Shown: positions 32,663-42,322 of the stretch, one piece after another | Layout of the letters: each line of letters opens with the position of its first letter | How positions within the stretch are numbered: position 1 is the stretch's first letter | Notes under the pieces: model-generated | What the model saw: the letters and a program-made list of their open reading frames with translations, nothing else | Databases searched by the model: none | Told to the model about the DNA's origin: nothing | Made by a program: the position numbers and the translations under genes | Source: Gammaproteobacteria bacterium | Lineage (GTDB): Bacteria > Pseudomonadota > Gammaproteobacteria > Natronospirales > JAJUFS01 | Direction of reading: 5' to 3' | Assembly (NCBI GenBank): GCA_033720895.1 | Contig: JAWWBS010000001.1 | Location: 67,310-131,309 of the forward strand | Length of the DNA: 64,000 nucleotides

Positions 32663-34231
32663 TCACCTGTCGTCGGGCAGCCAGCGAACCTGGTAAAGAT
32701 CGCGACGGCGATCGCGAAAATTCTGCACCGAACCCTCGTCACGCAATACCTTCAGTTTTTCCAGGTCCAGATCGACGATCAGCGTCATCTCGGTATTCGG
32801 CGTGGATTCTGCAGCAATGCCGTCATGCGGAAAGGAAAAGTCTGCGGGTGTGAATATGGCCGATTGCGAATACTGGATATCGGCATTTTCCACTTTCGGC
32901 AGGTTGCCGACGCTGCCCGTGATGGCGACGTAGCATTCGTTTTCGATCGCACGTGCCTGGGCACAACGCTGCACACGCAGGTAGCCGTTCTTGGTATCGA
33001 CCCAGTAAGGCACGAACAGCAGCTGCATGCCCTGCTCTGCCAGCAACCGCGGCAGCTCGGGAAATTCCGAGTCATAGCAGACCAGTATGCCGACGCGACC
33101 GCTGTCCGTATCGAAGGCCTTGAGGCTGTTGCCACCGCGAACACCCCAGTATTTCTTTTCGTCGGGTGTCGCATGCAGCTTGTACTGCGTCTCGAAGGTG
33201 CCGTCGCGACGAAACAGGAATGCCACGTTGTACAGGCCTGTCTCTTCGTAGACCGGCATCGATCCCGCGACGATGTTGATGTTGTAGCTGACAGACAGCT
33301 CTATGAGGCGCTCGCAGATTTCCTCGGTGTGGCCCGCTAGCTTGCGCATTGCTTCGGCCGGACTGTACTTGTTGAACTGGCTCATCAAAGGCGCATTGAA
33401 GTACTCGGGGAAGACGGCAAAGTCGGCGTTGTAGCCCGCCAGGGCATCGACAAAGAACTCGACCTGGTTCATCAATTCGTCGACCGACTTCATTGGCCGC
33501 ATCTGCCACTGAATCGTGCCAACCCGCACGGTGGAACTCGACGAGGTGATCGCCGACGGCTCGGTCTCGTGGTAATGGATGTTGCTCCATTCGAGTACCG
33601 TGGCGTAACCCAGCGAATCCTTGTCGTCAGGCAGGTAGTTCCGGATCACGCGACGCGCCTGGAAATCGTTGGCGAGCTGGAAGCTCAGAATCGGGTCGTA
33701 GATTTCCTTCATCCGGACCTGCTGCACGTACTCTTCCGGCGTCATTTCCTCGGCATACTTGTGATAGCCGGGGATGCGGCCTCCAGCGATAATGGCTCGC
33801 AGGTTCAGGTTGCGGCAAAGATCCTTGCGAGCGTCATAGAGACGCCGCCCGAGTCGCATGCCGCGATACTCGGGGTCGACGAACACGTCGACGCCATAGA
33901 GCACGTCGCCGTTCGGATCGTGCGTGGTGAAGTAACCGTCACCCGTGATCTGGTCATAGGTATGCGAGTCCCCGAACCGCGAGTAGTTCACGATCATGGT
34001 CAGCGCCGCAGCGACCACTTCACCGCCATCCTCGATGCAGAGCTGGCCCTCGGGAAAGCGATTCAGCTGCGCGGTGAATTCGTCTCGCGTCCAGACCGAA
34101 TCGTCAAGGCCGGTGTACGCCTTGTCCATCAGCTTGCGCAGCGCCTCGTGATCATCAGGCGTCAGGTTCCTGAGTTTCAGCAGGTACTCTTCAGTGGTCT
34201 CGCCGGCCTTGTGATCTTCCAGGCTGCTCAT
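32663..34231 (-). CDS. Bifunctional GNAT acetyltransferase / carbon-nitrogen hydrolase (nitrilase superfamily) protein
   Basis: N-terminal GNAT motif VFVDPEYRGMRLGRRLY. C-terminal CN-hydrolase pattern (FPEYF, GILVCYDSEFPE, C-E-K type). Confidence 0.88.
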   Translation of the reverse strand: MSSLEDHKAGETTEEYLLKLRNLTPDDHEALRKLMDKAYTGLDDSVWTRDEFTAQLNRFPEGQLCIEDGGEVVAAALTMIVNYSRFGDSHTYDQITGDGYFTTHDPNGDVLYGVDVFVDPEYRGMRLGRRLYDARKDLCRNLNLRAIIAGGRIPGYHKYAEEMTPEEYVQQVRMKEIYDPILSFQLANDFQARRVIRNYLPDDKDSLGYATVLEWSNIHYHETEPSAITSSSSTVRVGTIQWQMRPMKSVDELMNQVEFFVDALAGYNADFAVFPEYFNAPLMSQFNKYSPAEAMRKLAGHTEEICERLIELSVSYNINIVAGSMPVYEETGLYNVAFLFRRDGTFETQYKLHATPDEKKYWGVRGGNSLKAFDTDSGRVGILVCYDSEFPELPRLLAEQGMQLLFVPYWVDTKNGYLRVQRCAQARAIENECYVAITGSVGNLPKVENADIQYSQSAIFTPADFSFPHDGIAAESTPNTEMTLIVDLDLEKLKVLRDEGSVQNFRDRRRDLYQVRWLPDDR

Positions 34232-34830
34232 TGCGCGTCATCCTTGCCGTCGTCGGCATTGTCGGTGCGGGGTTCGTCTTCGATTTCTGTACCGGCTTGC
34301 TCGTCATCCATTGCGGGCGCTTGATCCGGCTCGTCGGTATCGACGGCTGCTCCCGAACTTCCCAGCAAGGGAATCCATTCGGTCGTGCGGCCGAACAGCG
34401 AAATGCCCACATAGCCACGCACCTTGAGGTGACCATCGTCGGTCAGCCAGATCTTGCAGCGATAGGTCTTGCCATTCTCCGGGTCGTAGATCGTGCCGTC
34501 GGTCCACCGATCGTCACCGTCATAGGCAAAGCCCTGCATGATCTTCAAGCCCTCGACCGGACGGTCTCGCAACTCCGGATCGGGATTCTCACGGTCGATT
34601 CGCACTTCTCCGGCCATCGGATCATCTTCGGGAAAGAACGGCTCCTTGATCCACACCAGGCGACCGGCGTAGCCATCCTGTTCCTTGAATATCTCGACAT
34701 GACCTTCGCCCTTGTCGGTCACCCACAAGCCGACGATCCGATCCGCCGGATCGGGCTCGGTACCGGCATGCGCACCAAGCGCCAGCCCGGCGAGAAACGT
34801 GAACAGGAATGTCTTCAGCGATGATGTCAT
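34228..34830 (-). CDS. DUF2147 domain periplasmic protein with acidic C-terminal tail
   Basis: Signal peptide MTSSLKTFLFTFLAGLALGAHA. GLWVTDKGEGHVEIF...GTIYDPENGKTYRCKIWL...LKVRGY is the DUF2147 pattern. Its stop overlaps the downstream start by 4 nt. Confidence 0.85.
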   Translation of the reverse strand: MTSSLKTFLFTFLAGLALGAHAGTEPDPADRIVGLWVTDKGEGHVEIFKEQDGYAGRLVWIKEPFFPEDDPMAGEVRIDRENPDPELRDRPVEGLKIMQGFAYDGDDRWTDGTIYDPENGKTYRCKIWLTDDGHLKVRGYVGISLFGRTTEWIPLLGSSGAAVDTDEPDQAPAMDDEQAGTEIEDEPRTDNADDGKDDAQ

Positions 34831-34895
34831 TTGAAGCTCCGCGGTAGGGCGAATCGTGGTGCGTAGCCGGCCGCTCCGGCGGCTACAGCAACCGT

Positions 34896-35765
34896 CTATT
34901 CTGCTGCAACGAAAACCAGCTGCTTGCCCGAGGGACTGACGGCCAGGCGCGTGATCTCGCCCGGCAGGCCCTTGAATTCCTTCAGCACCTGCCACTGCGC
35001 GCCATCCCACAACTTCAGGGTGAATCGATCAGCCATCAGGATGCGTCCATCCCGCAAGGGCGCATAATCCATTGCCGAACCGACATGCGGGGCAATGCGC
35101 GTGATCTTGCGCGCATCGACATCGAGACGCTTGATGGCGTACTTGCCACCGGCATCCGGTTCCGAAAAATACATCGAGCCAGGCACGCCAGGCACTGCAA
35201 CGATACAGCGACCGATGTTCTCGGCCAGGCGAATGACTTCGCCAGAGTCGCGGTTGGCCACGTGCAGCTCGGCCGATTCGCGGATCAGGAACAGCCCGAC
35301 GCGCGACGCGTCAAGCCATGCCTGGTAGCCGACGCCTTCGAGATTGGGAAACACGGCTTCATAGCCGCGAATGTTGTCGCCCTCTTTCAGTACCGCCAGG
35401 CGCTGCACGTTCGCCGGATCGACCTGGACGACGGTGATTTCGCCAGCAGGGTTCAACTGCGGCGAATACTCACTGTCCGACGTCTTCCTGACCGGGGTCG
35501 TACCCCCGCCAATGACAAGCCTGTACGCATCGGACTGGCCGCTGTCGTCCATGCGCGTGTACAGCAGCGTGCCTTCATCCTCGAAGTACGGCTGGTTGTC
35601 GTAACCTGGACGGGTGGTCAGCTGCTCCGGCTCACCCACGATCGCCGGATTGGCATCGAGATCGATATCGACACGCCAGAGGTCGGTGCCAGGCACCGCC
35701 ATCGCCGGCATGGACAGGAATGCCATCAACATGCCGACCGTCATCTGCTTCTTGCAATTCATCAT
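34896..35765 (-). CDS. Periplasmic TolB-like beta-propeller (PD40 repeat) protein
   Basis: Signal peptide ...MAFLSMPAMA. PD40-like PGYDNQPYFEDEGTLLYT, SEYSPQLNPAG and LAVSPSGKQLVFVA. Confidence 0.78.
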   Translation of the reverse strand: MMNCKKQMTVGMLMAFLSMPAMAVPGTDLWRVDIDLDANPAIVGEPEQLTTRPGYDNQPYFEDEGTLLYTRMDDSGQSDAYRLVIGGGTTPVRKTSDSEYSPQLNPAGEITVVQVDPANVQRLAVLKEGDNIRGYEAVFPNLEGVGYQAWLDASRVGLFLIRESAELHVANRDSGEVIRLAENIGRCIVAVPGVPGSMYFSEPDAGGKYAIKRLDVDARKITRIAPHVGSAMDYAPLRDGRILMADRFTLKLWDGAQWQVLKEFKGLPGEITRLAVSPSGKQLVFVAAE

Positions 35766-36313
35766 TCGCTCTCTTCCAGCTGAGTTGGCAGATCATTGAA
35801 ATCGTATCGCGGTGTGGCTCTCGCCGCTTTGTTGAGCCGTCCAAGATCCAGTTGGTAGGCCAGGTCGCAACGCGGCACATTGGGCCTGCCTGCCAGGGCT
35901 ACGAAGCCGAAGTGCTCGTAAAGCTTTTTCGCAGCCACCAGGCAGCTGGCCGTTTCCAGCCGCATGCTGGAGAACCCCATGTCTTTCGCCTTGCCGATGG
36001 CACGCTTCAACAATGCCGAGCCAATCCCGCGACCGCGCAGCTCGGGCTTGAAAAACATCTTCCTGAGTTCGACCACGCTGTCCCCGCCCGGCACCAGGCC
36101 ATAGCATCCGACAACGTCGCCCGCTTCGTTCACCAGCACCTCGAAGCAACCCCCACGGGCGAGATAGCGTTCCTCGACGTCCATGAGGTCTGCATCCACG
36201 CCAGCGGGCTCTGGCACGAGACCATGCTCGTGCAGTGCGGCATGCACCATCGCCGCCAGCTCGGGACCATCGTCGCGGCGTCCAGGACGGATGGAAATCG
36301 ACTCCCGCGTCAT
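35762..36313 (-). CDS. GNAT family N-acetyltransferase
   Basis: ELRKMFFKPELRGRGIGSALLKRAI acetyl-CoA binding motif. ATGA overlap with the downstream gene. Confidence 0.92.
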   Translation of the reverse strand: MTRESISIRPGRRDDGPELAAMVHAALHEHGLVPEPAGVDADLMDVEERYLARGGCFEVLVNEAGDVVGCYGLVPGGDSVVELRKMFFKPELRGRGIGSALLKRAIGKAKDMGFSSMRLETASCLVAAKKLYEHFGFVALAGRPNVPRCDLAYQLDLGRLNKAARATPRYDFNDLPTQLEESE

Positions 36314-36460
36314 GAAAATCTCACTAAATACATAAGCTTATGAAGTAAACACGAGCTAGACTTCAATGGCAAGCAAAGTTCCATCGGGACGGGTCCTGGT
36401 GAACTTCGATGCCCTGGCGCAGTCTGAACGCCATTACCCTGAATTTGCGGAGACGCCGGC

Positions 36461-39400
36461 TTGAACCTGACCAAACTCTCGCTTTCCAACCCGGTCGCTG
36501 TCGTGGTCGGCATCCTGCTGGTCGTCATGTTCGGCACCATCAGCCTGTTCCGGCTTCCGATCCAGATGACGCCGGATGTCGAGCGGCCGCAGGTGGTCAT
36601 CCAGACGACCTGGCGTGCTGCCGCGCCCGAAGAAGTCGAATCGGAGATCATCGAACCGCAGGAAGACGTGCTGCGCGGCCTGCCGGGCATGGTCAAGCTG
36701 GAGTCCTCGGCCGCCGCTGGCCGGGCCGGCATTACTATCACCCTGGATGTCGATACCGACATGCAGGAAACGCTGATCGAAGTGCTGAATCGCCTGAATC
36801 GGGTGCCCTCCTACCCTGCCGACGCCAACGAACCCATCCTTTTCACCGGTGGCAACAGCAACTTCACCGCCATCGCCTGGTTCGCCCTGCGACCCCTCGA
36901 AGGCAATGAGCGCGACATGGCGACCTACCAGGACTATGTCGAGGAAGTGGTCCAATCCCGTATCGAACGCGTCCCCGGCATCGCCAACTCGAACGCCTAC
37001 GGCGGTCGTGGCCAGGAAGTGCGGGTCGAGTTCGATCCTTACCGAGCTTCGGCCTACGGCATCGACATTCCGAGGCTGGCCAGCATGACCGGCGGCAACA
37101 CCGACACCTCGGGCGGCTTTGCCGATGTCGGTCGACGCCAGTACACGGTGCGCTTCGCCGGCCAGTATGACGTTTCGGAAATGGAAGACATGGTGCTCGA
37201 CTGGCGCGATGGCAACCCCGTGCGTCTTGGCGACATTGCCACCGTGAAAATCGACTATCGTGATTTTTCAGGTCGCCTGACCCAGAACGGCGGCCCCTCC
37301 ATCGCGATCAACGCCCAGGCCGAACAGGGCATCAATGTCCTTGAAGTGATGGACGACCTCAAGGCCACGGTCGTCGAGCTGAACGAAGGCCCCTTGAAGC
37401 AGGCAGGCCTGTTCCTGACCCAGGTCTATGACGAGACCGAGTACATCAATGCTTCGATCGCCATGCTGCGCAACAACCTGCTGCTCGGCATCGGCCTGGC
37501 AATCGCGATCCTGTGGTGGTTCCTGCGTCGCTTCCGCGCCACGCTGATGGTTGCGCTGGCGATCCCGACCTCGCTGATGATCACCTTCATCATGCTGAAC
37601 TACTTCGGTCGCACGTTGAACATCATTTCGCTGGCGGGCCTGGCCTTTGCCGTCGGCATGGTGCTGGATGCGGCCATCGTGGTGCTGGAAAACATCGTCC
37701 GCCTGCGCGAGCGAGGCGAAGAAGGCTTCACGGCTGCCGAACATGGCGCCAGCCAGGTCTGGGGCGCGCTGCTTGCTTCAACTGCGACGACCGTCGCGAT
37801 CTTCCTGCCGGTACTGTTCATACGCGATCTCTCCGGGCAGCTGTTTGCCGACCTGGCCATTGCCATTTCGGTTGCCATCGTGGCATCGCTGCTGATCGCA
37901 GTGACCGTCATCCCCACCCTGTCCGCCACATCACTGCAACGTGCAACGGCCAGGGATCCGCATGCCGGCTGGTGGGAAAAAGGCACGGCGATGATCATGA
38001 ACATCACCTCGACGCCAAAGAAGCGCACCGGCTGGATCGCCGGCCTGATGAGCATTCCCGTGCTCGTTGCCGTGTTGCTGCTGCCGACGCCGGATTACCT
38101 GCCGGATGGCAAACAGAACCTGATCTTCGCATTCATTGCAGGACCGCCAGGAAACAATGCGCGCACCGGCGAAGAAGAGCTGGTCAAGGTCATCAACGAG
38201 CGCATGGCCCCATACCTTGCAGGTGAAAAGGAACCTGCCATATCGAGCAACTTCCTGGGCGTGTTCGGCTCTGGCGGTTTCATGGGTGCACGTGCCGAAG
38301 ATCCGGACAAGGTCGACGAGCTTCTCAACCTGCTGAACGGACAGATCCTGCGCGGGCTGCCCGATACCCTCGCCTTCGGCAGCAGGCGCTCCCTGTTCGG
38401 CAACGTGTCCGGCGGCCGCGTGGTCGACGTCGACATCCAGTCGCGCGACACCAATGCGCTGCTGGACGCTGCCGCCGTGGGCTTTGCGCAAATACCACAG
38501 ATCATCCCTGGCGCTCGTGTTCAGCCCATTCCAGGGCTCGAACTCGGCGAACCGGAATTGCGACTCATCCCCGACGAGCGACGGATTGCCGAAGCGGGCT
38601 GGGACCGACGCACGGTCGCCAACGTCATTCGTGCCATGGGCGATGGCCTGTTCGTGGGTGATTATTTCGACGGCGACAAGCGCATCGACATGGTCCTGCG
38701 TGCCGGCAAGTGGGACACACCCGAGGAACTCGAAGCCCTGCCGGTCAGCACGCCGAACATGGGCGTGATTCCGCTTGGCGAGCTGGTCGATATCGAGCGC
38801 ACGGCTGGCCCGAACCAGATTCGCCGTGTCGATCGCCGCCGCACCGTGACCCTGCGTGTCACGCCACCGAGCGACATGTCCATCTCCGATGCCATCGACC
38901 TGCTGCGTGACCAGGCGGCACCGGCCATTCGCGCTGCCCTGCCCGAAGACGGCAGCATCCAGTACGCTGGCACCGCCGGCAACCTGAAGAACGCGCTGGT
39001 CGAGATGAGCAGCAGCTTTGCGCTTGCCATCGCGATTCTCTACCTGTTGATGAGCGCCCTGTTTCGATCCTTCAAGGACAGCCTGCTGGTCGTGATGGCG
39101 CTGCCTCTCGCCACCGTCGGCGGCGTGATCATGCTGCGAATCGTCAACCTGTTCACCTTCCAGCCGATGGACCTGCTGACCATGATCGGCTTCATCACCG
39201 TGCTGGGACTCGTCGTCAACAATGCCATCCTGCTGGTGCACCAGACACGTGCCGCTGAACGCGAAGGCATGCTGCGCCGCGAGGCTGTCGAACAGGCCGT
39301 CCGGCTGCGCCTGCGGCCGATCCTCATGTCCACCATGACCAGCCTGTTCGGCATGCTGCCACTGGTTCTCATTCCCGGCGCCGGCACGGAGCTCTATCGC

Positions 39401-39559
39401 GGCATGGCCTCGGTCATCGTCGGCGGCATGGCCGTGAGCACGGTCTTCACGCTGATCCTGCTGCCCAGCCTGCTGCGCATCGGCGAGGATGTCGTGCAGC
39501 GCAGTGCCGCCGGATCTGCCTGGGAAGGACAGCCAGCCGCACCGTCGAGAGAGCCTTGA
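36461..39559 (+). CDS. RND efflux permease (1032 aa), third in window
   Basis: TTG start. LSNPVAVVVGILLVVMFG and TM4 GMVLDAAIVVLENI, with 12-TM architecture. Confidence 0.94.
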   Translation: MNLTKLSLSNPVAVVVGILLVVMFGTISLFRLPIQMTPDVERPQVVIQTTWRAAAPEEVESEIIEPQEDVLRGLPGMVKLESSAAAGRAGITITLDVDTDMQETLIEVLNRLNRVPSYPADANEPILFTGGNSNFTAIAWFALRPLEGNERDMATYQDYVEEVVQSRIERVPGIANSNAYGGRGQEVRVEFDPYRASAYGIDIPRLASMTGGNTDTSGGFADVGRRQYTVRFAGQYDVSEMEDMVLDWRDGNPVRLGDIATVKIDYRDFSGRLTQNGGPSIAINAQAEQGINVLEVMDDLKATVVELNEGPLKQAGLFLTQVYDETEYINASIAMLRNNLLLGIGLAIAILWWFLRRFRATLMVALAIPTSLMITFIMLNYFGRTLNIISLAGLAFAVGMVLDAAIVVLENIVRLRERGEEGFTAAEHGASQVWGALLASTATTVAIFLPVLFIRDLSGQLFADLAIAISVAIVASLLIAVTVIPTLSATSLQRATARDPHAGWWEKGTAMIMNITSTPKKRTGWIAGLMSIPVLVAVLLLPTPDYLPDGKQNLIFAFIAGPPGNNARTGEEELVKVINERMAPYLAGEKEPAISSNFLGVFGSGGFMGARAEDPDKVDELLNLLNGQILRGLPDTLAFGSRRSLFGNVSGGRVVDVDIQSRDTNALLDAAAVGFAQIPQIIPGARVQPIPGLELGEPELRLIPDERRIAEAGWDRRTVANVIRAMGDGLFVGDYFDGDKRIDMVLRAGKWDTPEELEALPVSTPNMGVIPLGELVDIERTAGPNQIRRVDRRRTVTLRVTPPSDMSISDAIDLLRDQAAPAIRAALPEDGSIQYAGTAGNLKNALVEMSSSFALAIAILYLLMSALFRSFKDSLLVVMALPLATVGGVIMLRIVNLFTFQPMDLLTMIGFITVLGLVVNNAILLVHQTRAAEREGMLRREAVEQAVRLRLRPILMSTMTSLFGMLPLVLIPGAGTELYRGMASVIVGGMAVSTVFTLILLPSLLRIGEDVVQRSAAGSAWEGQPAAPSREP

Positions 39560-40767
39560 GGAGTATGATGGTGATGGACCAGGCAATGAACGAATCACGG
39601 GCTGCAAGGTCGAAGCTTGCGGTCCACCCAGAACAGCAAACCGGAGAATTCGCATTGAAGCGATTTGCCTTGAAAACCCGCGGACTTCTTGCCACCGGCC
39701 TGGTGGCCGCCATGCTGCCGACCGCGCCACAAGCCGGACCGCAGCGCCAGGGGCCACCGCCGGCGCCGGTCAGGGTCGACCTGGTCGTGGAAGCCGACCT
39801 GGCAGCCACCGCCAGCGCAACGGGCACGGTGTTCAGCCGAAACGAAGCAGACCTTTCTGCCGAAGCCACCGGTCGACTTACCTGGGTCGCTGACGTCGGC
39901 ACCCGAGTTGCCGCTGGCGATGCCGTGGCGCGCATCGACAACACCGCGGTGCGCCTGCAACGTGATGCAGCAGCTGCGCAGGTCCAGCGAGCGCAAGCGC
40001 AACTCACGTTCCTCGAGAAGGAGACCGTGCGACTCAATGAGCTCGCCGCTGCCAACAACGCCGCGCAGAGTGCGCGTGAACAGACGACATCGAATCGCGA
40101 TGTTGCGCGAGCCGACCTGGCCGCTGCACGCGCCAACCTGGCAGAGCTGGAAGACCGCCTGGAGAAGACCCAGCTGGTCGCGCCGTTCAATGGCGTGGTG
40201 ACCTCACGCTCGCGGAACATCGGTGAACGCGTCCAGAACGGCGACACCATCGTCCGGCTCGTCGACCCGGACAACCTCGAGGTCATCGCCCGCGCTCCGC
40301 TGACGGCAAGCACACATGTCCGGGAAGGTGATTCGATTCTGCTGAGAAACGGTGACAAGCGTGAACAGGGCCTGGTAAGAACCGTCGTGCCCTTCGGCGA
40401 TGCCCGTAACCACCTGATCGAACTGCGCATCGACATCGACGCCAGCCGCTGGACGGTCGGTGAAGCACTGCGAGTGGCCGTGCCTATCGCGGATGCGCAA
40501 ACCGTGATCGCAGTGCCGCGCGACTCGCTGGTACTGCGCCGTGAAGGCGCGCACGTGTTCCGCATCAACGATACCGGCAGCGCCGACCAGGTGAATGTCA
40601 TTGCGGGCGCCGGCTCGGGCCACCTGGTAGCCGTCGAAGGCGATTTGCAGCCTGGCGACCTGGTGATCGTGCGTGGCGCGGAACGGCTGCGGCCGGGACA
40701 GCCCGTGAGCATCCTGAATCCCGAAGTGGGTGCCGGCACCAGCAACCAGGTTGCTGCGGACGACTGA
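39556..40767 (+). CDS. Efflux RND periplasmic adaptor (membrane fusion protein)
   Basis: ATGA overlap with the pump gene. TQLVAPFNGVVTSR and barrel-sandwich/hairpin patterns. The true start may be an internal Met. Confidence 0.88.
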   Translation: MRSMMVMDQAMNESRAARSKLAVHPEQQTGEFALKRFALKTRGLLATGLVAAMLPTAPQAGPQRQGPPPAPVRVDLVVEADLAATASATGTVFSRNEADLSAEATGRLTWVADVGTRVAAGDAVARIDNTAVRLQRDAAAAQVQRAQAQLTFLEKETVRLNELAAANNAAQSAREQTTSNRDVARADLAAARANLAELEDRLEKTQLVAPFNGVVTSRSRNIGERVQNGDTIVRLVDPDNLEVIARAPLTASTHVREGDSILLRNGDKREQGLVRTVVPFGDARNHLIELRIDIDASRWTVGEALRVAVPIADAQTVIAVPRDSLVLRREGAHVFRINDTGSADQVNVIAGAGSGHLVAVEGDLQPGDLVIVRGAERLRPGQPVSILNPEVGAGTSNQVAADD

Positions 40768-40775
40768 TTGCTGCC

Positions 40776-41714
40776 CTAGCTGGCGAACAAGTCGGTCAGG
40801 TCGGCGTTGCCGCCAGTCAGCACGATTCCGGCGCGCAGGCCCTGCACATCGATACTGCCGGCCTGGATGGCGGCGAGTCCGACCGCACAGGAAGGTTCCA
40901 CCACGATTTTCATGCGCTCCATGATGTCGCGCATGGCGCTTGCGATTTCGGCATCCGATACCGTCACGACCCGTTCGACACGTTCGCGGATGATGGCCAG
41001 GTTCGGCGCGCCAACCGTGGCGCGCAAGCCATCGGCAATCGTGTCCGGCTCGACCGGCACGACGCGGCCTGCTTCGATACTCGCAACGCAATCGGCCGCG
41101 CCGTCGGGTTCCACCCCGATGACACGCGTCCCGGGAAAATGCTCGGCCACCCAGGTGGCGCAACCCGCGATCAGGCCACCACCGCCAAGTGGCACGATCA
41201 GCAGGTCCAGCGCATCAACCTGCGCGAACAATTCCATCGCCACCGTACCCTGCCCGGCCATGACAGCGTCGTCGGCATAAGGGTGGACGACGGTCGCTCC
41301 GCTACCGGCAACAACATCGGCCAGCGTCGACTCCCGCCCCCGCTGGGTGGGTTCGCACTCCACCAGCTTTGCACCGTGGCGCCGCATGTTGGCCAGCTTG
41401 GCCTTGTTTGCGCCCCGGGGCACGACGACCGTACAGGCAATGCCACGAATGGCTGCCGCACGTGCCAGCGCGGCACCGTGGTTGCCGGACGAATGCGTGG
41501 CCACACCCCTGGCCGCGGCATCGTCATCGAGCAGCAGGACCGCATTCATTGCACCACGCGCCTTGAACGCACCGATCTTCTGGAAATTCTCGCACTTGAA
41601 AAACAGGCTTGCGCCGCAGTCGGCATCAAGACTGGCTGATGTGAGGACCGGGGTGCGCTCGACATGGGGCTCGATACGTTCTGCCGCCGCCGCAACATCC
41701 GCTGCCGTCAGCAT
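40776..41714 (-). CDS. PLP-dependent threonine/serine dehydratase family protein
   Basis: FKCENFQKIGAFKARGA (PLP lysine) and SSGNHGAALA. The start was chosen at MLTAADV to limit overlap with the upstream gene, and the ORF extends to 41762. Confidence 0.9.
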   Translation of the reverse strand: MLTAADVAAAAERIEPHVERTPVLTSASLDADCGASLFFKCENFQKIGAFKARGAMNAVLLLDDDAAARGVATHSSGNHGAALARAAAIRGIACTVVVPRGANKAKLANMRRHGAKLVECEPTQRGRESTLADVVAGSGATVVHPYADDAVMAGQGTVAMELFAQVDALDLLIVPLGGGGLIAGCATWVAEHFPGTRVIGVEPDGAADCVASIEAGRVVPVEPDTIADGLRATVGAPNLAIIRERVERVVTVSDAEIASAMRDIMERMKIVVEPSCAVGLAAIQAGSIDVQGLRAGIVLTGGNADLTDLFAS

Positions 41715-42310
41715 GCCGGTTTCTGCCACAGCAACAGCCGGTTGTTCGCCGGCAGGGCGCAATCAGCAAGCAGGGTCAGGCCACAGCTGGCCGCGAACTC
41801 CAACAGGTTTTCGAGCTCGCGAATACCCATCTCGGGGTTCTCGCGCCGCAGCGCGGCATCGAAAGCGGCATTGCTGTCACTGGTCGGCTGCCCGGCCACG
41901 AGAAAGGGTCCGTAGACAATGAACAGGCCGTTTTCGACCAGCCGGGCGGCCGCACCCTCGACCAGGCGCAGCACGCCGTCCCATGGAATGATATGCAGGG
42001 TATTGGCGGTGAATACCGCGTCGTAGTAAACGTCCGGCCAGGGGTCGGCCAGCACATCCAGCGACAGCGGCTTGCGAAGGTTGTCGAGACCGGCCGCAGC
42101 GATGCGATCCTTCAGGCCGGCATGATGTTCTTCCAGGTCACTGGTCTGCCAGATCAACCAGGGCATTTCCGCGGCAAAGTGCTCGCCATGCTGGCCCGTG
42201 CCACTGCCGACTTCCAGCACGGCGCTGGCTTCGCGCAACACCGGCCGGATGTGCGCCAGGATGGCGTCCTTGTTGCGTTCGCTGGCCGCGGAAAAATTCA
42301 GTTCGGGCAT
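41708..42310 (-). CDS. DUF938 family SAM-dependent methyltransferase-like protein
   Basis: AASERNKDAILAHIRPVL...VLEVGSGTGQH...ANTLHI is the typical DUF938 pattern. Confidence 0.85.
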   Translation of the reverse strand: MPELNFSAASERNKDAILAHIRPVLREASAVLEVGSGTGQHGEHFAAEMPWLIWQTSDLEEHHAGLKDRIAAAGLDNLRKPLSLDVLADPWPDVYYDAVFTANTLHIIPWDGVLRLVEGAAARLVENGLFIVYGPFLVAGQPTSDSNAAFDAALRRENPEMGIRELENLLEFAASCGLTLLADCALPANNRLLLWQKPAC

Positions 42311-42322
42311 GCGCTCACTCGT

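Noticed and set aside
32660-32665. Convergent genes whose stop codons abut (TGA|TCA) with no terminator between them
   Set aside because: This is a real observation but probably trivial gene packing. There is no sequence evidence for a functional element, and antisense read-through effects cannot be judged from sequence alone.
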